Positions 18,135 to 26,869 of a stretch of DNA of 64,000 nt are shown one piece after another. The notes beneath the pieces are model-generated. The model was not told the DNA's origin. It searched no databases and was given only the letters and a program-made list of their open reading frames with translations. Each line of letters opens with the position of its first letter. Position 1 is the stretch's first letter. The position numbers were made by a program, and so were the translations under genes. Source of the DNA: a virus. The stretch lies in IMG/VR virus record IMGVR_UViG_3300025132_008118; one strand, written 5' to 3'.

Positions 18135-20128
18135 ATTAGCTTATTATCAAATATTCTTTTTACCTCTTCATCCATTGAACCGTATAGGTCTTGAATAAGG
18201 TCTCTTCTACCTTGGTCGTCTGAATTTTTATATAATTCTCTTATTTGAGACGCACTTCTAATATCTTTACCAAGTATACTAAAGTCCATAGTAGGTAAAG
18301 TTGCAATATAACCGTGTTTATCACCACTATCTAATTTTTTGGACTTATCATATGGTTGAAAGTAACTTGGCGTACCATCTTTCTTTAAACCAAATTTAAA
18401 GCGGGGTTTATCACCTTCCATATCTTTTTCTGAAACAGCAAATATAACTTTAGTTTTATCTAAATCATATCTTTCAGTTATTTCTTTAGCTAAATATGGG
18501 TTGGCTGTCATTTCAACAAATTGTGGATCGATACCAGCACTTTGTATCATTTTTTTCTTTTCCTCAAATTCAAATGGTGAATTTGTATCATTAGTTTTAC
18601 CAGATGTTGAAATAAATACATCTGCAGTAGGAAACTGCTGTTTTAATTTATCGTAAACTGATGCATGACCTTTATGAAATGGGTGAAATCTTCCTGGATA
18701 TATAACTACTGTTTTAGTTAAATCTTCAGCATCTTCAAATTCATTTAACATTTTATACATCTCATTAAAAGATCCAATTTTTTTACTTCCTGTTGGATGC
18801 GTTTGTAATCTTGTGCCCTCTCCTCTATTGAATACCGGTGGGTTACTAATATATGATTCTTGATTTTCTGGAGACGTCGGTTTACCAGTACCAAAATTAG
18901 CACGGCTAAACTCTTCTCTATCTACCATTTTAGTAATTTCTGCACCAGCTGCAGTAACTTTCGATAAAGCAAAACCTTCTGGGGCAGTTGTTTGCCAATT
19001 ATTAGGACTTTCTTCAAGATATGTACCTAATAGATCATTTTTAGTTATTTCATTAAAGATTTTAATTAAATTATTCTTTAAATTAGCAATAATTTTAGTA
19101 ATTTCAAAAGCATTTTTAATAGAAGGTTTAAGTTTTTGAAGTGACTTTAATGTTGTTTTCATTTGCTCTTGCTTCTTAGCTTTACCTTTTTCACTTTTAA
19201 GTCTTTCTAGTTCTTTAATAAACCTATTACTAATATAATTAACATACTCTTCAGTTGACATCGATGTATCTTCTAGGAATCTACCTGATCTAATTTCAGA
19301 ATTAATATAAGATTTAAGAGTACCAGTATAATCATCTAATGAACTGAAATCTACCTTATCAGCTAATTTAAGAAGTTGTTTCTTTTTAGTTTTAACATCT
19401 TTTAAAAGTAACTTACTAAAAGATGACTTACTATTTTTTGGTTTGTTTGCTAATACATTGAAAACAAATACCGTATTAGATGGTGAAAATTCATCCGTTG
19501 AAGAAGTATATTTTTTAACTTTTAATATACCATTTTGTACCATATATTCAATATGAACTGCAACACCTATCTTTGATCTGGCTATTTGATCACCGTAAGG
19601 GCTATTTTCAGTAACAGCATACTTAATAGTATTGGGTGTAAAGGTTAAAAATTTATTTTCATTTTTAACACCATCTATAGTTTCAGGCGTTTCAAATACT
19701 TTCATTTGTGGATCAAACATATAATCCATTTGATATATACCTTTAAGATTTAAAGATGGTAAATACCGTAAAGCTAATTTTAATTTGTCTGCTAAACCAC
19801 CTGTTCCATGATTTTCAGTAATATCTTCTTCAGTATAGTTGATTTTAGGATTTTTAGCAAAAGCTGATTTACTAGCTACAAAAAATTTATTATTAGTATC
19901 AACACCTGCAACGATAGCAGGTGCACCATCAAACTTAGTAGATATTTTATAATCAGATTCATCAACGAAATATGATATAGAAGATTCGATTTGGTTAATA
20001 GCTTCTATAACACCTTGCTTACCTTTATTAAGTATATTTTCTTCTAAATGGTCAATATGCTTAACTGCTCCATCGATTGCATCGAAGAATTCTAATATTA
20101 CTTTATGGTGTTGTTTAAAATTTATCAT
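18131..20128 (-). CDS. Fusion protein: ligase-like covalent nucleotidyltransferase domain plus C-terminal HxGH nucleotidyltransferase
   Basis: STKFDG (KxDG), PEGFAL and KMVDREEFS ligase-type motifs; YPGRFHPFHKGH at about residue 480. Confidence 0.65.
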   Translation of the reverse strand: MINFKQHHKVILEFFDAIDGAVKHIDHLEENILNKGKQGVIEAINQIESSISYFVDESDYKISTKFDGAPAIVAGVDTNNKFFVASKSAFAKNPKINYTEEDITENHGTGGLADKLKLALRYLPSLNLKGIYQMDYMFDPQMKVFETPETIDGVKNENKFLTFTPNTIKYAVTENSPYGDQIARSKIGVAVHIEYMVQNGILKVKKYTSSTDEFSPSNTVFVFNVLANKPKNSKSSFSKLLLKDVKTKKKQLLKLADKVDFSSLDDYTGTLKSYINSEIRSGRFLEDTSMSTEEYVNYISNRFIKELERLKSEKGKAKKQEQMKTTLKSLQKLKPSIKNAFEITKIIANLKNNLIKIFNEITKNDLLGTYLEESPNNWQTTAPEGFALSKVTAAGAEITKMVDREEFSRANFGTGKPTSPENQESYISNPPVFNRGEGTRLQTHPTGSKKIGSFNEMYKMLNEFEDAEDLTKTVVIYPGRFHPFHKGHASVYDKLKQQFPTADVFISTSGKTNDTNSPFEFEEKKKMIQSAGIDPQFVEMTANPYLAKEITERYDLDKTKVIFAVSEKDMEGDKPRFKFGLKKDGTPSYFQPYDKSKKLDSGDKHGYIATLPTMDFSILGKDIRSASQIRELYKNSDDQGRRDLIQDLYGSMDEEVKRIFDNKLI

Positions 20129-21204
20129 GATACCTTTAAATCTAATTTAAATTTAGCTTTAACATTACTTCCTGGGTAACCTATATATACCCCTTCACCG
20201 TCAAAATCAAAAGCAATAAAATTATCATTAATAGCATTTAAAATATTTGCATAATTAGTAACGTTTAGATAACGAGCCTTATCAAAAGTACCAGTATCCA
20301 TAAATTCACCTGCTTTTCTTGAAAATCCTTTTTGGTAAACAAATAATACAACATCAAAACCTTCGTTACCATATTCATTTAATATTATACCTGCAAAATG
20401 CTGCATTCGTTGGTTAGGATCCGTTATTTTTTGATTAATAAACTGTTGTAAAATAGAATTATTAGCAAAAGCTTTTTTCATTACATCTCCAGTAAATTTA
20501 GCTTCTTGTAAATCTTCTACAGATAGATCAGGTTTAACTGCTAACTCTTCAAGTTTATTTTTATCATTTTTAAACCCTCCGCCTCTGGCACTAATAATTC
20601 TACCTTTACCTACTTTCAATTCAACGTTTAAACCGCTTGGAGTTTTTAAATCTCCGACATCACCTTTAAAACATTCAGTAAATAAGCTTAGTAATAACTC
20701 TCCATCTCCTACACTAACGTTACCTTCTGAAAAACTTTTTACAAATAACGAATTATAAAACTGTTCAAGTTTTTCAGGTGTTTCTCCAGATAATATTTTT
20801 CGTAAAACAGGAAAAACAGCTTCATGTAAACTTAATTCCCCTTGAGAACCACCTATTTGACTGGTAATACTATTTATTTTTTGTTTAATTTGAGATAATA
20901 TTTCTACTTCACCGTAATTTACATCAAAGTCTCCTAAAAAATTCTTTATATAACGTGTTTGATTAGCGAATCCAGATTGCTCTACTAATTTTTCAATTGA
21001 TTTATCACCTTCTTTTTTAATTATATTAACTATTTTTCTATAATCTTTATCATCAACAGAACCTACTAATTCATACCCATCACCTTCACTTCTGAATAGA
21101 TTAACGTCTTCAAAAAATAAATTTACCTTTTGCCGGGGTAATTTGTCTACTTTTTTATTAGCAGATTCATTTAAATATACTTGATCTAAGGATTTCCAGC
21201 TCAT
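20125..21204 (-). CDS. Putative PD-(D/E)XK nuclease-fold protein
   Basis: VGDGELLL...GDL...VELK motif; leader MSWKSLDQVYLNE. Confidence 0.5.
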   Translation of the reverse strand: MSWKSLDQVYLNESANKKVDKLPRQKVNLFFEDVNLFRSEGDGYELVGSVDDKDYRKIVNIIKKEGDKSIEKLVEQSGFANQTRYIKNFLGDFDVNYGEVEILSQIKQKINSITSQIGGSQGELSLHEAVFPVLRKILSGETPEKLEQFYNSLFVKSFSEGNVSVGDGELLLSLFTECFKGDVGDLKTPSGLNVELKVGKGRIISARGGGFKNDKNKLEELAVKPDLSVEDLQEAKFTGDVMKKAFANNSILQQFINQKITDPNQRMQHFAGIILNEYGNEGFDVVLFVYQKGFSRKAGEFMDTGTFDKARYLNVTNYANILNAINDNFIAFDFDGEGVYIGYPGSNVKAKFKLDLKVS

Positions 21205-21500
21205 GTTTCAACATCAATATCTTGTGAATATTTTTTCATTATATTAATAAGAGATGTTAATGATTCTTTTGCGTTAGTTTCATTAATATCTGCTAATAGA
21301 CCAATTTCATCAATATCACTAGGTTCTATTTTAGTAACTAATGCCTTTTTAATTAATCTTACAAGCAAAACTTCACCTTCTGGAGACAATTGTTCAATTT
21401 GCGGTTCTGTTACAGGAGCTTCAACTGGATCTTCAGCTGGTACTTCCATTGTTTCATCTTGTTCTAATACTTTATTATATTGTTTAAGAAATTTTTTCAT
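21201..21500 (-). CDS. Hypothetical late protein
   Basis: Leader MKKFLKQYNKVLE; translationally coupled. Confidence 0.65.
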   Translation of the reverse strand: MKKFLKQYNKVLEQDETMEVPAEDPVEAPVTEPQIEQLSPEGEVLLVRLIKKALVTKIEPSDIDEIGLLADINETNAKESLTSLINIMKKYSQDIDVET

Positions 21501-21513
21501 TTTTGTTTATACC

Positions 21514-22149
21514 TTATTGTTTACGTAAACCCTTTTCTGCCTTCTTTAATAAACCAGCTAAAGTAACATAAGTTTTATCTAATGCTTTACCTAAAGCTTT
21601 TTCCCCGGCCTGAACACTAAAAAATCTTTCTTTCGGTAAAATTCCTAATTTTTGAATAGCTTTAACTGTATTTAAACCTGCTTTTACATCAGGGTCGATA
21701 CCTCGTTTCATTTCATTATCTTCTATTTCAACACCAATATAGCTAACTAATTCATTAGGAATATATTCACCATTTACTATACGACCGTAATTACCATTAG
21801 AATAAAATTCTATAACATCACGAAAAGTACTTTGTTTAGGTCTCATACCGTTCCTGTCTTTAAAATCGTCTGAATAATTCGAAGCCATTTCAGGATCTAT
21901 TAAATATGCTGATCCATCAATACCAAATTTTTCTAATGCTTTATTCTTTATGTCTTCGTACTTCTTTAATGCTACTAAATGAGATTCTTTATCTTGTTTA
22001 TGTATAGCGTCAAAAATTTCAGGTATAAGAGCTACCATTTGATCAGCAAACTCATGATCATTCGATGATTTATCTTCCATTTCGTTGTTTTCGTTTGCTC
22101 TAAATTGCTTTCTTAGCATTTCATTAGCCAGTTGGTTAAATTTATCCAT
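21514..22149 (-). CDS. Hypothetical late protein
   Basis: TAAATA at 22155..22160, 5 nt upstream of the ATG. Confidence 0.7.
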   Translation of the reverse strand: MDKFNQLANEMLRKQFRANENNEMEDKSSNDHEFADQMVALIPEIFDAIHKQDKESHLVALKKYEDIKNKALEKFGIDGSAYLIDPEMASNYSDDFKDRNGMRPKQSTFRDVIEFYSNGNYGRIVNGEYIPNELVSYIGVEIEDNEMKRGIDPDVKAGLNTVKAIQKLGILPKERFFSVQAGEKALGKALDKTYVTLAGLLKKAEKGLRKQ

Positions 22150-22157
22150 ATTATTAT

Positions 22158-22718
22158 TTATCTAATTAGAAGTAGTTTTGTAGATAGTCTATTAAAGTAA
22201 TCTTTATTTAAGAATGTTAATTCGTAACGTTTTGTAAATTTCTTTACACCTGAAAAGGTATACTTACTAATATCCATATTATTAATCTTGCTTATCATTG
22301 AATTAATAGTAGTTTGAGCTTTACCGTCATTAATCTCTATAAGATGATCAAGATATACTATTGAATATTTACTAATAAATATTTTTAAAGGTAATATTCT
22401 ATCTACCCTACGAAGAAAATTAGTGAAAAAGGTTAAAATATCACTTTCTTTATAGTATTTTGTTAATTCGCAGTCATCCAACTGAGTATTATTAAAGTAT
22501 ATAATAGACTTTGACTTACAATTAAGTAACTTTTGACATATATTGTATATAGTATAGTGATATATAAACTTTTTAACCTGTAGATTGTTAATGCTCTTTT
22601 CTAGTAAATTAAATTCATGTAAAGAATTAATTACTTGAGGCTGTATATCGTTTATTAATAACTCATTAAAGTCAATTATAGTAAAATCATAGTTTTCTAT
22701 ATGCAAATCAGCCATCAT
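22158..22718 (-). CDS. Hypothetical protein (start reassigned to MMADL at 22718)
   Basis: Open frame whose start overlaps the end of the upstream GIY-YIG gene. Confidence 0.65.
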   Translation of the reverse strand: MMADLHIENYDFTIIDFNELLINDIQPQVINSLHEFNLLEKSINNLQVKKFIYHYTIYNICQKLLNCKSKSIIYFNNTQLDDCELTKYYKESDILTFFTNFLRRVDRILPLKIFISKYSIVYLDHLIEINDGKAQTTINSMISKINNMDISKYTFSGVKKFTKRYELTFLNKDYFNRLSTKLLLIR

Positions 22719-23142
22719 CACCTTTATTATAGTACTGTTCCAAAAACAATTTAGGAGCTTTACCAATTCTACAGTTTATAATACCATTATAATAATCTTC
22801 ACTTAATAATACATCCATTTCAAACTGCATTTTAGCTTCAAAATATGATAATTCAAATTTACTATTGCAAAATTTTAATATTTTAAATATAAATTTATCT
22901 AAACCGAGTGAAGCTATATCATTATTAAGAGCATCAGATGAACCGGTATATGTTTTCCAATCACTTTCAATGAAATCAATACGTTTACGTTTTTTACCTT
23001 TTAATGGTTTACGTTTTATTTTACGAACCATTTGTTTTTTACCGATATATTTTTTATCATTAACAGTATTGGTAATTTCATATATAAAACCGAAAGCGTC
23101 TTCCGGTATCGGTTTACATACTTCCCATATACCCGTATCCAT
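22708..23142 (-). CDS. GIY-YIG nuclease family protein
   Basis: GFIYEITN...KKYIGKK; conserved YTGSS and YYN; late promoter upstream. Confidence 0.85.
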   Translation of the reverse strand: MDTGIWEVCKPIPEDAFGFIYEITNTVNDKKYIGKKQMVRKIKRKPLKGKKRKRIDFIESDWKTYTGSSDALNNDIASLGLDKFIFKILKFCNSKFELSYFEAKMQFEMDVLLSEDYYNGIINCRIGKAPKLFLEQYYNKGDDG

Positions 23143-23150
23143 TAAGATAT

Positions 23151-23504
23151 TTACTTCTTATTCTTCTTTTTTCTAGTTTTTCTTTTTTTCTTACCTACTT
23201 TACCGTTTCTAGAATACATTGCACCTAAAGCTACCGGTTTTCTATAATCACCTTCTGCATATTTATCTATACCAGGTGTACCACTAACTGTAGTTCCGTA
23301 ACCTGCAGCTGCTGCAGAACCTAAAGCACCACCACCGACAGTATTTTCATCTTCTTCACCTACTTTTTTTCTACCTTCTTTTTTAGACGATTCTTTTTTC
23401 TTATCTTTATGGACTCTAGTCTTTGAACCCATTAACCCTTGTCTATTTTTTCTTACATTCAAGGACCTTTCGAAAGCTTTTTCAAATAAAGTTGTTTTCT
23501 TCAT
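23151..23504 (-). CDS. Hypothetical late protein with a Gly/Ala-rich segment
   Basis: TATAAATA at 23510..23517; ENTVGGGALGSAAAAG segment; basic tail. Confidence 0.65.
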   Translation of the reverse strand: MKKTTLFEKAFERSLNVRKNRQGLMGSKTRVHKDKKKESSKKEGRKKVGEEDENTVGGGALGSAAAAGYGTTVSGTPGIDKYAEGDYRKPVALGAMYSRNGKVGKKKRKTRKKKNKK

Positions 23505-23519
23505 AATAGTATTTATAAT
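23492..23519. promoter_or_regulatory. Overlapping divergent promoters: plus-strand TTGTTT-N16-TATAAT (uvsY) and minus-strand TATAAATA (late)
   Basis: -35 at 23492..23497, -10 at 23514..23519; tatttata at 23510..23517. Confidence 0.6.
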
Positions 23520-23525
23520 TAATAG

Positions 23526-23921
23526 GTGAGTTTATTAGATCAATACATAGATGAAATAGAAAAAGATTTACAAATTAATGAATTCAATTTGAAAGATTCT
23601 TCAATGAAGGCACCAGCTCGTAAGCATTATTGGGTTTCTAAGTTAATAAGACATAAACAAAATCTATTAAAACTTAGAATACTTAGAGATTCGATTAAAA
23701 AAGAAATAGTAGGTAAAATTGTAGAAGAAAGTCCAGTTAAGATAACTATACCTGTTGCAGAAAAAGCAAGTTATAAACATGATAAAATGAAAGAAATATC
23801 TGAAAAAATAAGTAATGAGGAATTACTTATTGAATTTTTAGAAAAAACAGAAAAGACTTTTAGTACAGTGGGTTTTGATATAAAAAATATTATTGAAATA
23901 ATGAAAATGGAACAATTATAA
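23526..23921 (+). CDS. uvsY: Recombination mediator UvsY
   Basis: About 130-aa helical protein with GTG start directly before uvsW; C-terminal FDIKNIIE motif. Confidence 0.85.
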   Translation: MSLLDQYIDEIEKDLQINEFNLKDSSMKAPARKHYWVSKLIRHKQNLLKLRILRDSIKKEIVGKIVEESPVKITIPVAEKASYKHDKMKEISEKISNEELLIEFLEKTEKTFSTVGFDIKNIIEIMKMEQL

Positions 23922-25339
23922 TGAAATTTGAATTAGCTAAAGATAAAATTAGATTAATAACTGATGATTTAGATAATATACGGGAACATTTTAGTGTTAA
24001 AGATGAAACAGCTCGTTTTAGAATGAGAGGTAGAGCAAGGTTTTATTCTAACCCTCGTATATATGGTATAACACCGACTGGTCTTTTTGAACCTGGGTTA
24101 TTTTTTGATATTTTAAGTTACATAAAACAAGAATATCCCAATACTGATTACCAAATAGACCAAGATATTTTACCTATAGTTAAACCTGTATATAAAGAAG
24201 AAAGAGCATATGATAATTTAAAGTTTCCATTAAGAGATTACCAATTAGATTCGGTAAAAGAAGCATTAAAATTTGGAAGAGGTATTATAAAACTCGGTAC
24301 TGGTGGTGGTAAAACATTAACTATTGCTTCATTGTTGATGAGTCTTTATTCTAATAATCCTAAAATAAAAATTTTAATATTGGTACCAGATCTTGGCCTA
24401 GTCAATCAAACTTATAATGATTTTATAGAATATAATGTATTATTTAAATTTACAAGATGGACCGGTAAAATAAAACCAGATTTAACTGCTAACTGTATTA
24501 TTGCTAATAGAGGTATATTACAGAGTCAATTCGATGATAATGATTGGATAAAATATATAGATGTTTTAGTAGTCGATGAATGTCATACTATTAAAAAATC
24601 AAATAAAGTAAGTAAGATGGTTAATAAAATACATACTTTTAATAAGTTTGGTTTAACCGGTACTTTACCAGATGATAAACCAGAGCAATGGAATGTCATT
24701 GGTAAATTGGGTAAAGTCATATACGATAAGGACAGCTATGAACTTAGGTTAGAGAGCTATCTAACTAACGTAGACATTAAGGTCGTTAACATAGGTTATA
24801 AAGATAAACCTCTCGTTGTTAGTGGTGATAATAATTTTAAAGCAGAACTAGATTTTATATATACTAATAATTTTAGAAATAATATTATCAAAAATATATG
24901 TACTAAATTTAATAACAACTCTCTTATATTGGTTAACCATTTAGCTCATGGGGATGCATTATATGACAACTTAACTTTAATTGAAAATAAAAAGGTATTT
25001 TTTGTTAAGGGTGAAGTCGAGGTTGAAGAAAGAGATAAAATTAAAAGGATAATGGAAACTAATAATGATGTTATTTGTATTGCAATGAGTTCTATTTTCA
25101 GCACCGGTGTTAATATTAAAAATATACATATGATTATGTTTGCTTCAGGTGGTAAGAGTTTTATTAGAACGATTCAATCAATCGGAAGAGGTTTAAGATT
25201 GCATGAAAGCAAAGATAAACTTATTATTATAGATCTTGCTGATAAATTAAAATACGGTACGCGTCATTCTGACAAACGTAAAGAAATATATAATACAGAA
25301 AAAATTAATTATAATATAACAGAGATAGTTGAAAAATAG
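23921..25339 (+). CDS. uvsW: SF2 DNA helicase UvsW
   Basis: LRDYQ, GTGGGKT, DECH, GLTGT, QSIGRGLR. Confidence 0.95.
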   Translation: MKFELAKDKIRLITDDLDNIREHFSVKDETARFRMRGRARFYSNPRIYGITPTGLFEPGLFFDILSYIKQEYPNTDYQIDQDILPIVKPVYKEERAYDNLKFPLRDYQLDSVKEALKFGRGIIKLGTGGGKTLTIASLLMSLYSNNPKIKILILVPDLGLVNQTYNDFIEYNVLFKFTRWTGKIKPDLTANCIIANRGILQSQFDDNDWIKYIDVLVVDECHTIKKSNKVSKMVNKIHTFNKFGLTGTLPDDKPEQWNVIGKLGKVIYDKDSYELRLESYLTNVDIKVVNIGYKDKPLVVSGDNNFKAELDFIYTNNFRNNIIKNICTKFNNNSLILVNHLAHGDALYDNLTLIENKKVFFVKGEVEVEERDKIKRIMETNNDVICIAMSSIFSTGVNIKNIHMIMFASGGKSFIRTIQSIGRGLRLHESKDKLIIIDLADKLKYGTRHSDKRKEIYNTEKINYNITEIVEK

Positions 25340-25356
25340 TATTTATACACTATAAT
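25329..25356 (+). promoter_or_regulatory. Sigma70-type promoter TTGAAA-N16-TATAAT
   Basis: -10 element 6 nt before ATG 25363. Confidence 0.65.
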
Positions 25357-25362
25357 TAGGCT

Positions 25363-25836
25363 ATGGCTAATACTAAAAAAACTACTGGTAAGCGTAGAGG
25401 TCCTAAACCAAAAAAGACTGAATACTATGTAGATCCACGCGAATTAAAAGCTGAACTAGTTGCATATTATGAATGTGAAGATTGTACACCTGCATTAGGT
25501 GATATGATCCATAAAATTGCACACGGTTTAAGTTATTCATCTAATTTTATTAATTATACATATCGCGATGAGATGGTAGGAGATGCTTTAGTTAAAATGT
25601 ATACTGCTGTTACTAATAAAAAATTTGATATCGAATCTGACTATAACCCATTTTCATATTTTACCACTATTGCATTTCATGCTTTTATTAATAGAATTAA
25701 AAAAGAAAAAAAGCATGCTGAAACTTTAAGTCAATATAAAGAAAAAATTTATGAGCAGGAAATGTTAGATTCAATGGATGGTAGAGTATATGTTAAACCA
25801 TCATACGATGATGAAGATACAGATCCGAATGAATAA
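25363..25836 (+). CDS. 55: Late-transcription sigma factor gp55
   Basis: NFINYTYRDEMVGDA, NPFSYFTTIAFHAFINRIKKEKK. Confidence 0.93.
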   Translation: MANTKKTTGKRRGPKPKKTEYYVDPRELKAELVAYYECEDCTPALGDMIHKIAHGLSYSSNFINYTYRDEMVGDALVKMYTAVTNKKFDIESDYNPFSYFTTIAFHAFINRIKKEKKHAETLSQYKEKIYEQEMLDSMDGRVYVKPSYDDEDTDPNE

Positions 25837-26869
25837 AGTAGCTATATTTTCTGATATACATTTAGGTGTGCACCAGAATAGTGATTTTTGGCTTGGTGTT
25901 GCAAATAAATGGACTGATTGGTATATAAAAGAACTTAAAGATAAAAATATTACTGATATAATATTTTGTGGAGATTTCTTTCATTATAGAGATGAAATTT
26001 CAGTTAAGACTTTAAATTTTGCTAAGGATTTATTGGATAAATTTAAAGATTTTAAAATTACTATGATAACCGGTAATCACGATGCATGGTATAAAGATAC
26101 ATCAGAGATTAATAGTTTAAGTATTCTTAAAGGTTATAAAAACTTAACTGTGTATGATAAACTTGCTACTGTAGATTATAAAGGTAAATTGATATCGTTT
26201 TGTCCATGGGGTACGAAAATAGATGATATACCGAATAGTGATTTAATATTTGGCCATTTTGAGTTAGAAAATTTTAAAATGAATATGTTTAAAATCTGTG
26301 ACCATGGTGACGATCCAGATGTACTAGTAGAAAAATCTAAGTTAATATTCACAGGACATTTTCATGCAAGAGATGAAAAACATTATAAAAAACAAGATAG
26401 CTCTATTATCTATGTTGGTAATCCATATGAAATGGACTTCGGCGATACAATGCAAGCAAAAGGTTATTACATTTTAGATCTGGATAATATGTCATATGAA
26501 TTTTTTGAAAATAATACTACACCAAAGCATATTAAAATAATACTATCTAAACTAATCAATATAACTGATATTGAAAATGTTTTTAAAGATTCATTACCTG
26601 GTAATATCATAAAATTAATTATTGATAAAAATATCAGTACCGATCATTTGGATGCTTTAGTTACTAAATTAACTACATATAAACCAATTGAATTAAGGAT
26701 TGATTATGATGTAAACTATAATAAACTTAAGATTGAAAGTGATGAAGATTACGATTTATCAGGGGTTGATATTAAACATGCAATTGAAGAGTTCGTTAAT
26801 ATGTTAGATATAGAAAATAAAAAAGACGTGGTAAATTATTCTACATCTTTGTATGAAAGAGTTAGATGA
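25778..26869 (+). CDS. 47: Recombination endonuclease subunit gp47 (Mre11/SbcD-like)
   Basis: SDIHLG, GDFFH, GNHD, GHFE, GHFH; true start probably MNKVAIF. Confidence 0.93.
   Translation: MVEYMLNHHTMMKIQIRMNKVAIFSDIHLGVHQNSDFWLGVANKWTDWYIKELKDKNITDIIFCGDFFHYRDEISVKTLNFAKDLLDKFKDFKITMITGNHDAWYKDTSEINSLSILKGYKNLTVYDKLATVDYKGKLISFCPWGTKIDDIPNSDLIFGHFELENFKMNMFKICDHGDDPDVLVEKSKLIFTGHFHARDEKHYKKQDSSIIYVGNPYEMDFGDTMQAKGYYILDLDNMSYEFFENNTTPKHIKIILSKLINITDIENVFKDSLPGNIIKLIIDKNISTDHLDALVTKLTTYKPIELRIDYDVNYNKLKIESDEDYDLSGVDIKHAIEEFVNMLDIENKKDVVNYSTSLYERVR

Noticed and set aside
22708-23142. GIY-YIG gene as a mobile homing endonuclease
   Set aside because: It is short (144 aa), has no DNA-binding extension, is under a late promoter and is coupled to its neighbour, so it is more consistent with a resident nuclease than a mobile element.
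25340-25347. Minus-strand TATAAATA pointing antisense into uvsW
   Set aside because: There is no downstream ORF at the 5-nt spacing, and this A/T-only 8-mer is expected often by chance in such AT-rich DNA.
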